From Eremomyces bilateralis CBS 781.70 (Eukaryota): a DNA stretch of 64,000 nt. Of the stretch, positions 50,288-62,931 are shown piece by piece (the first letter of the stretch is position 1; every line of letters starts with the position of its first letter). The notes below the pieces were generated by a model. That model did not search any database. It was not told the DNA's origin and was given only the letters and a program-made list of their open reading frames with translations. Both the position numbers and the translations under genes were made by a program. The stretch lies in assembly GCA_010015585.1 (NCBI GenBank), contig ML975158.1; one strand, given 5' to 3'.

Positions 50288-51112
50288 GATCGGGGAGGTT
50301 GGTGTGAGGGTTCTGGCTAAGATATTGGGGAAATAGTGGCCGTAAGCTCGTCAGGAAGAATTGAATTGCTGAAGTTGTTGTATAGTTCACGACTGTTTGT
50401 GTATTGACTACAGTTATGTTACTCTCAACTTTTTGATGAAGCTGTAGACAATTCATCGTGATGCAACTGAGAAATAAGTGGGAAACGTCGGGCTTGCCCA
50501 CGTGACACCCCTGACTGTCCTATTCTCATGTCTACCTTAACTCTACTGGAGGAATTCACTACGGTTGTCCACCCGAGGGAAGTAAAATAAACCTCAAAGG
50601 GTTTGCCGCCTTAAAATGTAGAGCTTGGTTTTCTTCGCAGGTTGCCCGTTCCCTCGAAAGCCGAGCCTCAACCAATTCCACGAGACCAGGGAGGAGAATG
50701 TTGCAGGAGAAGACCAGTTTCGATTCTGGGTCATCTTAATTGAAGACCAGTATTATGCCATAACGGAAATTATCTAAGAGTCTATTGTCGGTACTTCCAT
50801 AACCTTGAGCAAAGATAGAAGACCTCTATTACTCAATAACTAAAACATCATTCATGCAGCAATGGGCTTGGACAGTAAAGATAGGCAAATATATCCAAAG
50901 TCATTTCGTCTAAAACTGCATGTCCTCTACAGAGTTGCATGTGAAAAATCCTCAGGGGAAGATCACACCCTTCGGTTCTGATGGTCGAATAAAGACATGA
51001 TTCATAGTACCCCGTCTATGAGGAATTGCGGAGGAAAATTGCATACTCGAACAAATGGTTTTACATACAAGCTCATGGCAGGCCATGGAAAACCTTCTGC
51101 CACTCATTCAGA

Positions 51113-52276
51113 CTATTGTGATATTGAAGTCTGCGTGTCGGCTCGCCAATCGCTTTCTAGGAACACGAGTTGCTCCATAGGCAGAGACTTCTCGCTCCGG
51201 AATTGTCCGTTAAGGCTGAATCCAGGGGAGTTTGTGGAGCTCAGAACCTGCACGGTGATTAGCAATCGCCGGACTAGAACATGGGACAACGCCTTACCAC
51301 TTCATGAATGTCCTTGGAGATCTTTTCGCTCATCGCGGCCATATCTTTCTTCAACTGACCGATCAGGGCTGCCACATTCGACTTCAGCTTGTCCGGTGTG
51401 AAACCCAGCTGTCCAATGGCGACCCGTATCACCGCCCGACTTTCTCGATACTCGCTCGCACCGCCCATGTCTCGTAATGCCGCGGCAACGTCCTTTACGA
51501 TGGTATTCGTCTTCGCGCTTGGCATCAGCTGCCTAGGTCCTAGGATCCTCGCGACACCAGCTTTGTTCAGCTTTGCAACGGATTCGTCGTGCGCGATGCA
51601 TCGATCAAAGTCAATCTTTCCCGCCTTGACCTTCTCAAAAACTTCTTCTTCGCCGACAAGCGCGGCTCCGGCCTCACGGGCGGCGATCCCTTGTGGAGAA
51701 TCGGCTGGGCAGATGACACATATGCGGAGGTCGGTACGGACAGGGTAAGGGAGTCGGACGCGATTACGGATGACGGGGCCATCTTTGAGCGACCGGAGGC
51801 GAATGTGAAGCTCGTATTTTGGGACATTCGGAGGACGGCCGACTTCAAATGCTTGAATGATTCTATGACGAAGGGTCAGTTTTCCAGGCTCTCATGCCAT
51901 GTCGGGTTCATGGAAAATATACGCACCGCATCGCATCGCACAGCGTATACTGCTCAGCAAGCTTCAGGTTCGGTTGGCGATACTCTTGCGGACCCTTCTT
52001 CTTCTTCTTCGTTTCCTTCCCGGCAGCTTTGTTCTTTTTTCGATATTTGGCGGCATTGGCACTGGTTCCGGTCGTGGCATATCTTGTCTGCATCGCCAGC
52101 GGTAGCTGGAAGGCGGATCGATCGACTTGGAGATGCGATCGTTGGAAGAGGCATGACAGGCATTGGCGCCTGTATAGAGGAGCTGCGAACGCCATTGAGA
52201 CGGGTGGCTTAAGAAAAGATGCTGTCATCTCAACAGCTGGTTGTCTATTGAAGACGTCGAAAAGAATGTTAGACAT
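51113..52276 (-). CDS. MRPL1: Mitochondrial ribosomal protein uL1m
   Basis: Presequence-like N-terminus, EQYTLCDAMR, RILGPRQLMPSAK, VAIGQLGFTP, VLSSTNSPGFSLNG. Two introns; start could be 52228. Confidence 0.88.
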
Positions 52277-55200
52277 GAATTGAAGTCAGAATGTGACAGG
52301 GGTCCGAAATGTGGGCCAACAATTGAATGTTCTCACTCTGTTCAATTCTCACACGTGCACAGCCAACTAGAGGCAATTGGAATCATTTTCATGCTGTTAG
52401 AATTAGATGCACACATCACGAAATCAAACTAAGAGCCCATTCAAGGGCACTTGAAGATGGGTAGAAGCTCTTTGATTCATCATCCAGTGTAGATTCTGTG
52501 AGTGTGCTCAACTCAGGTATACACTCAGGTCATCACTTGCATCAGGGGCAACCTTCATGCAAGACTGGCGGATAGCGATTCAAATTGGAGAAAAAGTTTG
52601 TTGTTATATTACCGAATCCCATTCCACCAACCGCGTTAGGGATTGAGAAAGTAGATTTGCTCGGATGGATAGACCTTCACCCTAGAGACGCGTAAGACAC
52701 TGAGCTTTCTCCGATGATATCACGCATCAATAGGCAGGACAGCACCTAGATCCTTTGTATCGCGGTCCTCGATTCGGTGGACCTGATAAATGCTCCATCA
52801 CAATTTGTTAGTTGCGGTTAAAACAGACGAGGAGCCTGGGAGAGACTAGTTGGATATCAGGAGCTCGGAACAGGAATCGTCGCCTATGGAATCACCTACC
52901 AAAATAACTATGGGAAAATGATGTGATGAGTGGGATGGAGGCCGGAACCAGACATGTCGTCGACGCAGATGGAGCCTCTAGATGACGATACCAAGCCCGC
53001 AAAGAAGGTTGAGCTCTCGCTTGGGGAGCAGTTTCCTCAAACGATGTTGCATTTACTCCTTGAGAACCGAAATTTCATTACCACATCACCAAAGCTCGGT
53101 CTCAGAATGTGAATGTAAATGGAATGACACCATTTGGACCAGTTAGCAACTCAGAATGTTGAGGCTGGCGAAATCCCGATGCTAAATGGCGTGAGGCGAG
53201 GCTGTTAGTACGACTATGTATCAGCTCGAAACCCGGACTCCTGGAGGGGACATATTCCGGTGGAGCAACCTTTGATGAACCAAACAGTAATTTGACCTGA
53301 CTGAATATCTGCGTCTGAATGATGTCCGAAGACCCTGTCAGACAGGTAATAGCCCCATGAAAGCGGTGGGCGGTAAGGTAGTAGCTATCGGAGGTTCGAA
53401 ACATCGAACTACGCTTGATCTCCGAATCTCTCAGCCTCCATCGAAAGCATGCTGGGCAGTGAGCACAGGTGCCATCGTGTTGGATATTGCGGTGAAAGCA
53501 CATGGACCCAAGAGTATGGTAGCATATGCCGATGCAGACCAAAATTCCGAGGAGCAAATTGAAAGCCATTTCCCCGCAATTCGTTTAATGTAGCCTTCAC
53601 CGGCGGATGGGGCCGTTGACTAGGTCAGTACCAACTGAAGCAAGATCCGGGGTACGATGGAGAGTTCAAACTTCAAATTTCAATAGACAGTAGACACTAA
53701 GACACAGCATGAGTGTGATTTCGGTGATTGGCTCGATCATAACCTGCTTCGTGGTTCCAAGGGGACTCGTCCGACATTGTAGAGTTGAAAGAGGCGACAT
53801 CGAGCCGACATATGTCGTGATGATTTATGGCAGTTGGATGAGAAGATGAAAATTGAAACCCCTAGCATCCTGTTTACACGACGTCTCACTTGGTCCCTTG
53901 GATGCATTTAAACGTAATGGAAAATTTGGGGTCTCCACCTTCTCCGCTTTCCCCGCATCAATCTTTTACAAAAGTGGATGGGAATAGCAAATTTGCGAAG
54001 GATCGCCAAACGGCATTCGATCTCTAATTCTCCATGGATGTGTGGCACCATTGAACGATGGGGACATCGGCATCTGGGGATGTGAACGCCGAACGCGACA
54101 AAGACGAAAGAAATAGGCACGAGGCGTTACCCATGTCATACCAAAGGAAAAGCTAGCGGTCCCGTGAGCAATCAAAGCCTTATTAAGGGCTCGTGAGACG
54201 TGCGCTTATGGAGAATGGACAATGACACGAAGGCCGGCGGACGGACGAGGAGCAAAAACATGACACATGGGTTGGCAGGATTTGCCAATTGGCAGAGGGA
54301 GCCGTGAAAGGATTTATTATGTGAGGGTAAGAGAAACTCATCATGGGCCATTCGGAAGGGGTTGGAGCAGGTTTGGGAGGAGCACGTGCTCAGAGGTCAC
54401 ATCAGCGACCAGAATTCAGACGTCACATCTTTATTTGATGGCTTCATCTAGGTTCATCATCACTTCATCAGGCAGTGATGATCACCAAGTACGCAGTCGC
54501 CCCTGGACTGGCTTGGCGCCAAGGTCATATCGCGTCAATGGGTCAAACAGAGTCTCAAAGACAGTGAAAGACTGGAAATCTACAAGGGAAAGAAGGGAGT
54601 GCGCGGGAGGCAGTCAACAATAGTAATTCATTCTTTAACCTTTCGTCATTAACTCGCCCCGACTTTCCTAGTTGAGCGAGTGAGTGTGAAAAATCCGACG
54701 GAAACCTTTGATGTTTGTTGGGTCCACTCTGCAGTTTTGCACCTTCCCCGAGTTCCGAGACCCAAGAGGGCCCAGACCCAAAGGACCATTGCCCATCGAA
54801 GGGCCCTGCACTGCCCCTGTCACCCCCCTGCAGTCGTGCGGCCCTGTGCCGCTCCAGCCAATAAACGGAGCCAAATTCACCGCCGAAAACCCAGCCTAAC
54901 ACATGACATAGAACCCGACCGCTTTGCAGCGGGCAACCGCCCAGATTGCCGCCAGATGGGTTGGAGTCACAGCCAGACTGGAGCCAAACTGGAGCCAAAC
55001 TGGAACCAGCCTCAGCCAAAGTGTGGACTATAGAGGGTGGACCTCGATCACCAATGGACCACAGCATGTCCACATCTCCACATCTAACCACTGACGCACT
55101 CACCACCACCACAGCTGCACCGTTGCTCGTCTCTTGCATTCTATTAGTAAACACATCCATCAAGGGAAAACTCTTCAACTTCGGTGACTAACTATCCATC

Positions 55201-55487
55201 AACCAATTCAACCCATCCTCGACCGGAAGATCCACTCTACATCACTGCCTTTCATCTCACATCCAACGTGTTTTCTCTTTAAAGCTTCCACTCCTCCCCA
55301 TTCTGTCCCCGCATTTCATCATTACCACTGCACCACTACTATCTGCTATCACCGCCACGACTACCACTCCCACCCACCTATAGCTATCGTTGTTGTCATC
55401 GCCTTCCCGCACCACACAGCGATACCAGTTGAGTAGTCCTCAGACTAGCAGACGTCGCTATATCGCGCCCAGCCGAGCGGCCATCTA

Positions 55488-57103
55488 ATGAACATCAACA
55501 GTTTCCCTCCGGAAATCCTCTCCCAGATCCTGAACCACGCCGTCGCGTATAATCTACGGGATGGTGTGTCGTTCACCTTCGGTCTGTCCCAGGCTCCCCA
55601 GCCGGGCAGGCGTGCGAGGCTGGAGAGGTACGTGAGGGGTCCCAATCATCTTCGTGCCTGGGACGCTGCCTCTCCCCTTCGCCATGTCTGCTCCTTGTGG
55701 CACGAGTGGGCCGTCACAAACAGTGTGAAAGATGTCTACGTCCGCAAGCGGCAAGGATCGGAGAGATGGGCTGAATTGAGCCATAATCGAGGTATGTCTC
55801 CGTTTCCCCCCGACGTATCCTGGACATGAACTGACGTTTCTGAGCAGCTGCATACGGATCCTATGAACTCATGGACCAATCCAAACTGACGGGATGCTAC
55901 GTATACCGCGACCCCTTCACTCCTCTGCAGCAAACGAAGGGCCTTTTCGAGAGCCATGCAATGCTCGCATCCAGTGTACAGCGCCTCTGGATCCATGGTT
56001 TCAACGGCTTCGAGAACTCCACCGATGTCGCCAACATCGTCCGCGCTTGCTCGGGCCTCGTTGCCATCAGTCTTCCGTGGACCTTGCTTCGATACCTGAC
56101 CGCGAGCGACTGGGTCCGCCTGCTGCGACATGGGAGCGACAACCCCTTGGTCTCGCTCGAATTCCTTTCCGTCGACCTCCAAGAGGCTCAGACCAATGAC
56201 CCCCAGAACCGGGCCAACTTTCGTGCGCTGCAGGACTCGCGAGTAAACTTTGGGTCCCTCAAACGACTCAAACTGTTCGGCGATAGCACCTTCATGCCGA
56301 TCACGGATGATGATCTGTTCGCCATTTCCGCAACCGCCTCCGGGCTCGAGGAGTTCCACATGACATGCACATCGAGCATCACCATCAACGGTACGTGATC
56401 AGTTGATCGTTGTTGAACCAAGAGCCAGCACTAACGTCCATTTCTAGGTGTGATGTCCATTCTCAAAGCCTCCCAATCCACCCTCCGCGTCCTCGAGCAC
56501 GCCCCTCGCTCTCAGGATGGTTTCGATCACCCGCACCCTGGCTCACTGGCCGATGGAGAACACATCTGCGAGGTGCTGACGAGCTGCCCCAATCTTCGCG
56601 ACCTTTCCATATCCGTCCCGACCATGTGCGCGGACCTCTTTTCGAACGAGAACGTCCGCTGGAAAGGCGAATGCCAGGTTCGTGCCGCGCACCTGTGCCC
56701 GGAGGCACTATCACACGCCAAGCGACAGCTCCAGCAAAAGCCGACCAAACCCCGTGGCAAGTCGTCTCGCGATCCTTCACAATTGGCGCTTGCATCGCTT
56801 CTCGTCCAATCACGGAACCTCATCAATGCATGCAATCGACTTCGCGACCACGACCCGCTGTCGATCGAAATCTTCTTCTCCGACTACATTTTTGAGCCGC
56901 ATGCCCGGTCGGTTCATGGGTACTTCGAGCCGGCGGAGACGGTGTCGCACGGATTATGGCCGCAGTTGAAGGCACCCAGTGGAAAAGGACCATACGGATC
57001 AACCGGTCTGTATGGTAAAGGGGAAGAGGGGGTTTATGATCGGATTGACGAAGAGGAGTTCCTAAAGGGTCTGGAAGGGGACTGGATCCGGATTAATGAT
57101 TGA
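55488..57103 (+). CDS. F-box-like protein with LRR/RNI-like repeats
   Basis: MNINSFPPEILSQIL N-terminus; LQRLWI, LKRLKL, LEEFHM, LRDLSI repeats. Introns ~55792-55848 and ~56391-56447. Confidence 0.75.
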
Positions 57104-57808
57104 AACATGGTTCAATCCTGGCGAGCCGCATAATCTTGCGAGGCTGGGTCATTCGATGACGACATTACGAATTCCGAAGCTGGCGTTTAGGTTTATTGGG
57201 CTTCATGATGGAAGCGTCTTTATTGGGCAGCACAATTAGCGAAAATCGGATATCAGGGAGCATCAAAAGTTGATATTGGAGGAGCAAACAGGACCGATTC
57301 CCTTCTCACGGGGTTATGGCACAAGGTGCATTACATGTATCTCATTCGCCCTTGGCAAAGGTTGCAGGATCGAAGTCCAGATGAACTTCATGCATATAAT
57401 AATCATTAGTCACCCACCCACAATCCTAGAACGCATGCTTGTGATTTTTTAATTGTTCTTTTACTCTAGCCAATCCTGCGGCTGATAGAAACAACCGTGA
57501 TGCAGGTCGATAGTACTACGACTGGCCCTCCCCTGAGTACTACGCTTTTCGCAGCTTTACAGTCCATGTTATACGGTTTCAATACTTAGATACGGAAATA
57601 TCAAGGTCCAGAACCAGATACACTTTTCATGATGATATGCATTCCAATGAATTTCGTTCACTCGCTAGAGAATGGTACACTTCACCGGAAGCCCACACGG
57701 ACCGTCCTTGTCCACATTCTTCTTCTGCAGTGTAGCTTTGGGTGATGCGATCCCCTCATCCGCCGTCCCATGTGCCAGCTTTTCCTCAGCACCGTTGCTA
57801 TCATCTAG

Positions 57809-58683
57809 TCATGCGAAGTTGACTTTGGCGACGGTGGAATAGAAGGCCTTGCCCTGCTCCTCGGCGAGCTCGAGCTCCTTCGTGGTAGGTTGGCGCGAGC
57901 CGTCACCACCCTATAAAATCAGTCAGCTTGACTAGTCTCATGCTTCATGCAGTGTCATAGCCGCTAGGCAACGGGGAAGAAAGGAAATATTAAACGTACC
58001 GCGAAAGTGCCTGCACCCCATGGGCTTCCGCCGCGAACCTCTGTCAAGTCTGCGAGGTGGCCGAAGACCGTCTTGTATCCCAAGGGCACATAGATGATCC
58101 CGTGATGGGTCAAGGTGGACAGGGCGGCAATGGCGGTGCTCTCCTGTCCGCCGCCCTGGGTGCCGGAGGAGACGAAGAGACCGGCGTACTTGCCCCAGAA
58201 CGCGCCGGACGCCCATTGCCCGCCCGTGCTGTCCCAGAATGCCTTCCACTGGGCGGGGAAATTGCCATAACGGGTCGGGATGCCGAAGAGGAAGGCATCG
58301 TACCCCTCCAGATCGGCGGGCTTGGAGAGGACGGGAATGGAGGGGTCTTTCGGTGGGGCGTGCATCTTGGTGAGGATTTCTTCGGGGAGAGTCTCCGGAA
58401 CTCTGGAAGAATCAGTTAGTCTGAGGTACGCAAGGTAGTTATGTTCATCATGTCCAGGGGTAAGAACCCCATCTGGGAGAGGAGGAGAGAGTTAGATGGC
58501 AACGTACTGGAAAAGGTCGGCAGTGCCGCCAGCTGCCTCAATGCCCTTCTTTTCGGCTAGGGCCAGCTTGGCGATATGGCCGTACATGGAGTACTGTCGA
58601 GTCAAATGTTAGTATGTTCATTGATCCAGCAGTGCTGAGGAAGGGTGAAGCCGTACATAGACGATTGCGATCCTCGGTGCCAT
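57809..58683 (-). CDS. PST2: Flavodoxin-like NAD(P)H:quinone oxidoreductase type IV (WrbA/Pst2/Ycp4)
   Basis: [64 protein letters not shown]. Three introns. Confidence 0.93.
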
Positions 58684-59016
58684 CGTGAAGGAGATGTCTT
58701 CAAAAGACGTTACAGGTTATGGGACTAGATTGGGATGAGTTGATGGATTGTTCAGTGATTGCAGTGGAGGAATTGGATAGAGGATTGGGATGAATTGGAG
58801 AGAGAATTTGGACTGTGTGGGGTCAGGTAGGCCTTTATAGTTATCTCTGCCGTGCACAGCGGAAGTAGGACAGGTCCATTCAGTATTCCGCACTTGCTTA
58901 GTATTCATATTTGAATCTTTCTACTGGTAGACCCCCACCTATATTTCCCAAATCCCAACCGGAACATCCCCGCCATGAACTCAACTCCTGCACACCTGGC
59001 TGCACGACATGACTAA

Positions 59017-59067
59017 TACGGCAATGATAAACACAGACTGGTACGGCAAATGATAAACACAGACTGG
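59017..59067 (+). repeat. Tandem duplication of a 25/26-bp unit TACGGCAA(A)TGATAAACACAGACTGG in the PST2 promoter
   Basis: Two near-identical adjacent copies. Confidence 0.9.
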
Positions 59068-60092
59068 GTTAACTTGAATGCCTAGGTCGTCGACGTTCCA
59101 CCGTTCCTATTCTAATCCCTCATACACTGTGAGAACTCAAACACATCCATACATCCGATGTTCCACGTTGTTTACGATTCGTACTTGGTGGGGCTTGGAG
59201 ACTCGGAGCCATCGGTCTTGGCAGAGGACACCAAGGCGAACGATAATCCCAAATAGCTTAGAAATCGGCTGGTAATATAGCTATCCCTATTCCGTACTCC
59301 GTTATGGGCGGTTTCAACTGCAGGTCTGATGACCTAATCATTGGTCGATAAAGGTGAGCAAATTGCGGCTAGTTCCGCTATGGGTCAGAATTTCTAAGCC
59401 TTCCATCTGTTTGCTAATTCTTCTTGGTTGCTCTGTGGGCCGGTTGGTTAGTCATGTATGTGGACTGCGGAACCGGGCTGGGCTGGGGAGTGGGGATTCA
59501 TTCCGTCATGGAGTGTCCAAATTCCGCACTTCTTAATTATTCAGCAAATTCGGTTTCTCACGTCCCCAACCTGGCACTGACCGAGTGGCACAGTGTAGTC
59601 TCTCCAAAGATTTGCAATTGTCGTGCAACATCCTAATCACGGTCTAGTACACGTCTACAAGACCCCATTTTAGCCGGCCCTATTATTAGGACCGAGTTTG
59701 ACGGGCGACAGAAATGCGTAGCTCGGTTGCTCAACAGCTGATATTGATTCTTGAGATATTGACACTGGATAGGTAGTATTATTGCGTGTACGATGTTTGT
59801 CCGCACTCCATGCTGGAACAGGATCTTCTTAGACCGCGACAAGAGAGAGAATTGTCTTAATACAGGTGAAGGTCGATTCTCAGATTGTCTTGCCGTGACG
59901 CCTCCTGGATACTGTCTTTTTTCTTGTCGAACTTCCATCCCCTCCATTCGCTGTTTTCGGCTTGCGGCTAGCTAGTCCTTCTCCGCGAAATCGATATGTT
60001 TGATCGTCACGTTTCCTTTCACCATCCTATAGTGTTTGGATATCTGCTGGTTATGAGTTTTATGACATCATGCTTTTGGACCCTCGTCAGAC

Positions 60093-60713
60093 TTACGGAT
60101 TGGTGACATCAAATTTGATTTCGACTCCTTCAACCCTCTCCAACCAGAAATACGCGGGTTCGGCCAGCGATCCATTCCAGTCGCTCTTCCCTAGAATGAG
60201 CAAATCCTTCCCTGGTCTGACAACGCGGAAATAGTCCATCAATGGCACTTTATTGTAGATGATCGTCGCAGTGACAACACCCTGGTGCTCTACGTTCCGA
60301 GCTCGAGCGATGTCCTTCCTTGGGTACGGAAAGATCACGTCCTTATTGACCGTTCCATTCGTCGGTCCGGGGGGGTGGCAGAGCAACGGGTTGACAGCGT
60401 TCTCAGACGCAATCTGTTTCCCGAACCAGTTGATCGGGCTCGGTTTCTTACCCCCATCGAAATATCCGCCCCGATAGGTGCCGATCGCCTCGGACACGGA
60501 GAGTGGTGGCAAGGCAGACCACAGTGGATGCAGTGCTTCCGCTGGAACGGCCTCTCCAGCGGAAATATGTCGTAGGACTTGCTGTTGGGCGGCGGGACCG
60601 TCCATGTTCACTTGACAACTTGGGGGAGATGGAACTACGGAAGTGGATCCAACGATTGAAAAGCACACGATACCGGAGCAGATGGCAGCAGAAATGGAGG
60701 GTGAAAAGAACAT
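60093..60713 (-). CDS. GXWXG + DUF4334 domain protein with a putative N-terminal signal peptide, intronless
   Basis: LWSALPPLSVSEAIGTYRGG, NWFGKQI..AVNPL, ARARNVEHQGVVTATIIYNKVPLMDYFRVV..LILGKSD; likely start MFFSPSISAAICSGIVCFSIVG. Confidence 0.8.
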   Translation of the reverse strand: MFFSPSISAAICSGIVCFSIVGSTSVVPSPPSCQVNMDGPAAQQQVLRHISAGEAVPAEALHPLWSALPPLSVSEAIGTYRGGYFDGGKKPSPINWFGKQIASENAVNPLLCHPPGPTNGTVNKDVIFPYPRKDIARARNVEHQGVVTATIIYNKVPLMDYFRVVRPGKDLLILGKSDWNGSLAEPAYFWLERVEGVEIKFDVTNP

Positions 60714-61545
60714 GGCGATGCGCCGTTTTGTAGTACCTCTGGTAATCGGAAGGATCGGATATCGCGGCTGCAGCGCATTGCCTATTCCTACGTACTTATG
60801 CAACTCTTGCGTCGGAGCGACATTACCAGATCGCTTGTCAACCACTGGAATCTCCCTGTCGGCTTCTCGGATTCATGTATAAACAATAGTGCTGTCAATC
60901 CCCGTATATTCCACAGCGACCAGGGTCTTGAAGCCATCCTTCAGCGCTAAAAAGTTCTGGCATTCTGGAATAGCTTATAGATCGGGTGCCAGGTAGCTCA
61001 AATATTGCTAGGTATTACTTTAAGGCCTGATATGACCAGGATGGAGACCTCTTGGGTGATATTCTTCGTGAAATTCATAGGTTCGACCTCGGTGAATGAT
61101 CTGTTTGGATTCCATGGATTGGTCGGTATGAATCCAAGGTGCCCGTCCCCAACATTGCCGCTGCAGATGCCGAATAGATCTCTCACCTTACCGACTTGGC
61201 TAATCTTAGTTGTGTATAGTGTCGATATAAAGTTATTGCCGGATATTAATGTTGTTGAACCATGCCTTGTTGAGTGAGACTTGAGAGAAGTCCAATTTGG
61301 TACGGTGGTATGGTCCCTGGCATTCAGGGAAGATTCCTAATGACTCGTGATTGCTGCACTGTGAATGGCACTGCAGGAACGCATGACTCGGGGAGATCCT
61401 GGAATCCGAATCACCACATCTTCGCGAGGCGACGCAAACATCGGGCAGAACGTTAATTCCAAACATGTTCTTGGGCTTCTGGGCCCGACTCCAAAGACAG
61501 AGATAGTTGGACATTCTTTATATCCCCCGAACGATATAACCTGGA

Positions 61546-62368
61546 ATGGCGACCGCCACCATGTCTGCGCAACGTCTTGCGAACGAGATCCTCCATGTTA
61601 CTCCCCCTCCCAAGTATGACTTCGGATTCAACGAGTTCCTGAAACGCGAATATCGGTTTGGACTCGATCCGGATCGTCCATCATGCAAAGCATACATGCA
61701 AGGGCACTGTCCCATGGGGAGCAACTGCCCTGACAAGCATCACATTCAAAGCTCGTTCAATAAGTATGCCTCGAGTGTCCTTTCAATCAAGAAGCGCCTC
61801 TAACGGTTGGAATCATAGCCTCGTTTGCAAGCATTGGCTCCGTGGTCTTTGCAAGAAAGGGGAACAATGCGAATTCCTTCACGAGTACAATCTACGTCGC
61901 ATGCCCGAGTGCAACTACTTCGCCCGCCACCAGACCTGTCCCAATGGCGACGACTGTCTATATCTCCACATTGATCCCGACTTCAAACGTCCTCCATGTC
62001 CGCATTTCGAACGGGGATTTTGCCCCCTCGGACCCCGCTGCGCGAATCGACACGTGAAGATGGAGAAGATTTGCCCGTTCTACATTGCCGGCTTCTGTCC
62101 CAACGGGAAACAATGCAAGGAAGGACATCACGCTAAGTTTGTCGATGACCTTCCGCCGCCGGAACCAAAGATCGTGAAGAGCAAGGAACAACTAGAGCAG
62201 GAGAAACTGTTGAGAGAGCAGGATTTGAGGGAGGAAGAAGAGCGGGAACGAGAGCGATACGATAAAGGTGCCGATCCAAGCTCCCAGCAACAGCGATTCC
62301 GAGCGAACTGGAGGTCGAAGCCAGGGAAAGCTGGAATCCCCCGTCCGAGGAGAGGAAGAGGGTTTTGA
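61546..62368 (+). CDS. YTH1: mRNA 3'-end processing factor Yth1/CPSF30 (five CCCH zinc fingers)
   Basis: CKAYMQGHCPMG..CPDKH; LVCKHWLRGLCKKGEQCEFLHEYNLRRMPEC. One intron ~61764-61818. Confidence 0.96.
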
Positions 62369-62931
62369 TCGCCTGAAACCCTTGGAATTTCTCAATTTCA
62401 TTGCAACATGGCTCTATCGCATGGTTCGCAGATGGTAGTCAACGTGGAGCGGAACGGGTGATATGGCCGACGCTTCGAAACAATCTACCAAGGGGCCCCT
62501 ACCTCTATACAGATTTCTCCTCTGGGAAGAAGAAGTGAGGAATGGATCATATGGTTTAAAAGTGAAGTCCAAACAAGAGACGATACTGGATTAGTTGAGA
62601 CTGCAGTCTCGAAGATGAAGGGTTAGGAGGGTGCCGCCCGAGGCTCTTGGTATGGATGAGTCTTAGGTGGAGTTACCTTACGGCCAAGCGCCATCTAAAC
62701 CTAGTGGTCCTTCAGACGGGGGTTGAATATGGCATAGGGGTTTCTACGGGGGTGGGTACCAATCCGAGAACGTCCCACTGTCTGCTGGGAAGGCAGCTAA
62801 AAAGAATTTCACAGGCTGAGGGAATTTGGAGGACAGACTGGGAAGAGCTTCATATCTAGCTAGTGTAGTGCGTAATGCTGGTACCTGTGCGCTATGAGAC
62901 TATATCTGGTGCACGCTTGAAATACTTCAGC

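Noticed and set aside
34911..52276. Apparent cluster of mitochondrial biogenesis genes (MIM1, OXA1, CMC2, TIM10, MRPL1)
   Set aside because: Interspersed with unrelated genes; such genes are numerous, so chance cannot be excluded without synteny data.
54555..55191. ORFs upstream of the F-box gene and an 11-bp repeat (ACTGGAGCCAA) near 54977
   Set aside because: No protein motifs; more consistent with promoter/5'UTR sequence and simple slippage.
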